The notes under the pieces: model-generated | The model's input: only the letters and a program-made list of their open reading frames with translations | What the model was told of the DNA's origin: nothing | Databases searched by the model: none | Part shown: positions 61,180 to 64,000 of the stretch, piece by piece | How positions within the stretch are numbered: position 1 is the first letter of the stretch | Layout of the letters: each line of letters opens with the position of its first letter | Translations under genes and position numbers: made by a program | From: Candidatus Dormiibacterota bacterium | Lineage (GTDB): Bacteria > Chloroflexota > Dormibacteria > Aeolococcales > Aeolococcaceae | Direction: 5' to 3' | Length of the DNA stretch: 64,000 nucleotides | Assembly: GCA_963718525.1 (NCBI GenBank) | Contig: OY970355.1 | Span: forward strand, 2,432,001-2,496,000

Positions 61180-61894
61180 GTCCGGTCACCGTGATCGGAC
61201 CAAAGGCGTCGCGCTGCTCCACCGTCGCCTCGCCGCGCTTCAGCATCTCGAGCAGCGCGAGAAAGCAGGCAACGGCCTCGAGGCGGCTCTGCACCCCCGC
61301 GAACACCTCCTCGAATTCCAATGGCCCTCGCAGGAGGCGATCTCTGAGCAGCCGGACCTTGTCCTCCACCGAGTACGTGATTGCCACGGGCAGCGGCTCG
61401 GTGTCGCTGAGCCGCTCGAGCACCGCCCGGAAGGCTGCCGCAAGACGTTCTGGAGCGATCCGAAGCCGTTCGACCGGGATGATCTCGGTGGACACCAGCC
61501 CGAGGAAGCTCCGAGCCCCTTCGGTGGCCGCCTCGGCGAGCAGCGCCTCGGCCGCCGCCTTGAAGAGGCGGTACTCGGCGAGCCGTCGTCCCGCGTCGGT
61601 GGACTCGTCGTCCTCGGACTCGATCGCGGTGGTGTCCTGGTCGGGGAGCACGGCGGCCGCCTTGAGTGCCACGAGCCGGGCCAGCAACGTCAAGGCGTCG
61701 GCGACGGCTCGAAGGTCACCCTGCCGCTCGGGGCTCTCGAGTGCAGTACGAGCCTCGTCGACCACGGTGCTCACCGACAGCGCGTCGAGATCCACGTCGC
61801 CACGGTTGGCTCTGGCAACGAGCTCCTCGAGACTTCCGTGAAATCCCGGGGCGTCGACGGTGATCGAGGCGGCGCCCGCTTCCTCCCGCTGCAT
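61172..61894 (-). CDS. scpA: segregation/condensation protein ScpA
   Basis: FHGSLEEL, FLALLEM, Q..FGPI; upstream of scpB. Confidence 0.88.
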   Translation of the reverse strand: MQREEAGAASITVDAPGFHGSLEELVARANRGDVDLDALSVSTVVDEARTALESPERQGDLRAVADALTLLARLVALKAAAVLPDQDTTAIESEDDESTDAGRRLAEYRLFKAAAEALLAEAATEGARSFLGLVSTEIIPVERLRIAPERLAAAFRAVLERLSDTEPLPVAITYSVEDKVRLLRDRLLRGPLEFEEVFAGVQSRLEAVACFLALLEMLKRGEATVEQRDAFGPITVTGRG

Positions 61895-61896
61895 CG

Positions 61897-63630
61897 CTAC
61901 ATGGTACGGAGGCCGGGGGTTGACCGATCACCGCTCGCGCCCTCTTCGAGCAGCTCGGCAGCACGTGCCAGCGCGGCATCGGTGGTCCTGCCGGACATCA
62001 GTCGCGCGATCTCGCGCACCCGGTCCTCGCCGACCACCGGCGCGACGGTCGCCTCCGATCCGCCCGAACGCTCGAGCTTGGTGATCGTGAGGTGGGAGGT
62101 AGCGCGCGCCGCGATCTCGGGACGGTGTGTGATCGCGATCACCTGGCGGGTCCGCCCGATGCGGGCGAGCACGTCACCCACCCGCGCCGCGGTTTCGCCG
62201 CCGATCCCCGTATCCACCTCATCGAGGACAAGCACCGGCGCGTCATCCTCGCTGACCACGGCGCTCACGGCGAGGGCGAGCCGCCCGAGCTCGCCTCCGG
62301 ACGGTCCCTCGTCAAGCGGCATCGGGACGGAGTCGCGATTCGGAGCCAGGCGGAAGTCGACGTCGTCGATACCCGTGGTGGTGCAGCGCACCGGGGTCCC
62401 GTCGCCAGGGTCCACACCGGCGACGTCGAGGCTTCGACTGAGTACGACGCGGAAGCGTGCGTGCGGCAGCTCCAGCGACCGCAGTTCGGAGGTGACGGCG
62501 CGCTCGAGGCGCCGCGCCGCCGCCGTCCTCACCGCGCTCAACGCTGCAGCGGCCGTACCCGCCTCCCTCCGGCGAGCGTCTGCGGCCGCTTCGAGGCTCC
62601 CGATGGCGCCGGCCTCGCCGTCGACACCGCCGACCAGAGCAGACGCCTGATCAAGCGCCGCAAGGGCCGCTTCGAGCGATCCGTGGCGCCGGCTGACCCG
62701 CGTCAGGGTGTCGAGGCGCTCCTCGACGACCGTCAGCCGAGCCTCGTCGATGGTGATCGCATCGGCGTGGCGTCTGGCATCCAGAGCCAGCTCGCGGAGC
62801 CTGTCGATGAGCGCATCGGCGTCCTCGAGCAGTGTCGCCAGCACGGGATCGACCGCCGCCAGGTCGGCGCCGCCACCGATCGCTGCCGCAAGCCGGTCGG
62901 CCGGGGACTCTTCGTCACCTCCGCTGGCCTCAGCGATGGAGAGCGCACATCCGGCGATCCGAGCGGCGTGCCTGAGCCGGAGGCGCTCCGCCTGGAGCTC
63001 CGCGTCCTCGCCGGGACGTATCCCGATCGGCCCGAGGTCGTCGACGAGATCGCGCGCCCGCTGCAGCTCTGCGGCGCCGGTCGTCGCGGCCCGCTGCGCC
63101 GCCGCAACGGCGTCGGTGGCCGAGCGCCACGCCTGCACCGCGGCAGCGGTGGCGTTTCGAGCGGCGTCGCAGTCCTTGCCGGCGAAGGCGTCAAGCACCT
63201 CCCGCTGCCAGGTCCGCCGCAACATGCGGTGGCTGGTACCTTGTGCGGTGACGTCGACGCACAGGTCACCGAGCTCGCGCAGGACCGTCTGCGACACCAG
63301 GGCGCCGTCGATGCGGCAGGTCGCTCGACCCGATGCCGGTACCTCGCGAGACAGCGTGATGAGGTCGTCGTCGGGAATCCCGAGCTCGGCGAGGCGCGCT
63401 CGCACCCGCGGGCTCGGGTTGTCGAAGACAGCGGCGACTCGCGCAGCCGTCGCGCCGGCCCTGACGGTCTCGGGTTCGAGCCGGCCGCCCAGGGCCGCGC
63501 GCAACGCGTGCACGCACATCGACTTCCCGGAGCCTGTCTCGCCGGTCAGGACGGTGAACCTGTCATCAAAGGGCAGGCGCGCCTCCTCGATGACAGCCAC
63601 GTTGCCGACCCGGAGCTCACGAAGGGCCAC
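61897..63630 (-). CDS. recN: DNA repair protein RecN
   Basis: LTGETGSGKS, SGGELGR, LDEVDTGIGG, ITH, EIARLMSG. Confidence 0.95.
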   Translation of the reverse strand: MALRELRVGNVAVIEEARLPFDDRFTVLTGETGSGKSMCVHALRAALGGRLEPETVRAGATAARVAAVFDNPSPRVRARLAELGIPDDDLITLSREVPASGRATCRIDGALVSQTVLRELGDLCVDVTAQGTSHRMLRRTWQREVLDAFAGKDCDAARNATAAAVQAWRSATDAVAAAQRAATTGAAELQRARDLVDDLGPIGIRPGEDAELQAERLRLRHAARIAGCALSIAEASGGDEESPADRLAAAIGGGADLAAVDPVLATLLEDADALIDRLRELALDARRHADAITIDEARLTVVEERLDTLTRVSRRHGSLEAALAALDQASALVGGVDGEAGAIGSLEAAADARRREAGTAAAALSAVRTAAARRLERAVTSELRSLELPHARFRVVLSRSLDVAGVDPGDGTPVRCTTTGIDDVDFRLAPNRDSVPMPLDEGPSGGELGRLALAVSAVVSEDDAPVLVLDEVDTGIGGETAARVGDVLARIGRTRQVIAITHRPEIAARATSHLTITKLERSGGSEATVAPVVGEDRVREIARLMSGRTTDAALARAAELLEEGASGDRSTPGLRTM

Positions 63631-64000
63631 TGATCCCTCCTTGCGGGCCAGGCACGTCTTCGTCGATCGGCTCCAGGAGGAGGTCCTTGTGAGGGATGCC
63701 GTAGCGGAACTTCTGCCGAAGCCGTGCATTGAACGACGGCGAGTCGGCGAATCGCACCACCTCGAGCTCCGGCCCCGGACGGATCACGACGCTCTCTCCG
63801 TCGGCGAGCCAGGCCACCGACCGACCATCGGCTGCGACGAAGACACGGCCGCGCTCGACGGTCACGCGGACGTCGAGCTGCTCCGGGATGACCACCGGCC
63901 TGCTGATGACGGCATGAGCTGCAAGTGGGACGACCACGACCGCTCGCACACGCGGATCGACGGGTGGGCCGCCGGCGCTGAGCGCGTACGCGGTGGAGCC
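63617..64000 (-). CDS. ppnK: NAD kinase (5' end outside window)
   Basis: GSTAYALSAGGP, ADG motif; precedes recN. Confidence 0.9.
   Translation of the reverse strand, partial: GSTAYALSAGGPPVDPRVRAVVVVPLAAHAVISRPVVIPEQLDVRVTVERGRVFVAADGRSVAWLADGESVVIRPGPELEVVRFADSPSFNARLRQKFRYGIPHKDLLLEPIDEDVPGPQGGISGPS

Overview
High-GC bacterial chromosome segment. Gene content is compatible with Chloroflexota/Ca. Dormibacterota or Actinomycetota relatives (inference only). Two housekeeping blocks lie on the minus strand: 1-13.4 kb (thrS, infC-rpmI-rplT-pheST-mpg, yebC-ruvCAB-queA-tgt) and 50.3-64 kb (ppnK-recN-scpAB-rluB-cmk-dinG, a split NAD synthetase, rsmI-tatD-rsmA, tRNA-Val). Between them is a ~36 kb accessory region with a sugar-acid catabolic cluster, an adenylate-cyclase/ATPase/TPR protein, ECF sigma modules and a mobile-element hotspot. 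The hotspot can be reconstructed from sequence: a large-serine-recombinase integrative element (35598-44647) carries a Rep_trans relaxase with a nick-site hairpin, an OLD-like nuclease and a TIR + small-protein pair. It sits in the 'LxN|xVLLC' codons of a LexA-boxed DUF222/HNH gene, and two further att junctions mark repeated integration at the same target. Its relaxase is interrupted by an IS256 (8-bp TSD), which is itself interrupted by an IS110 whose bridge-RNA guide segments match its own target and donor sites. A ~330-nt structured, stand-alone candidate ncRNA lies at 5.13-5.46 kb. All calls come from motif recognition by eye; no database searches were run.
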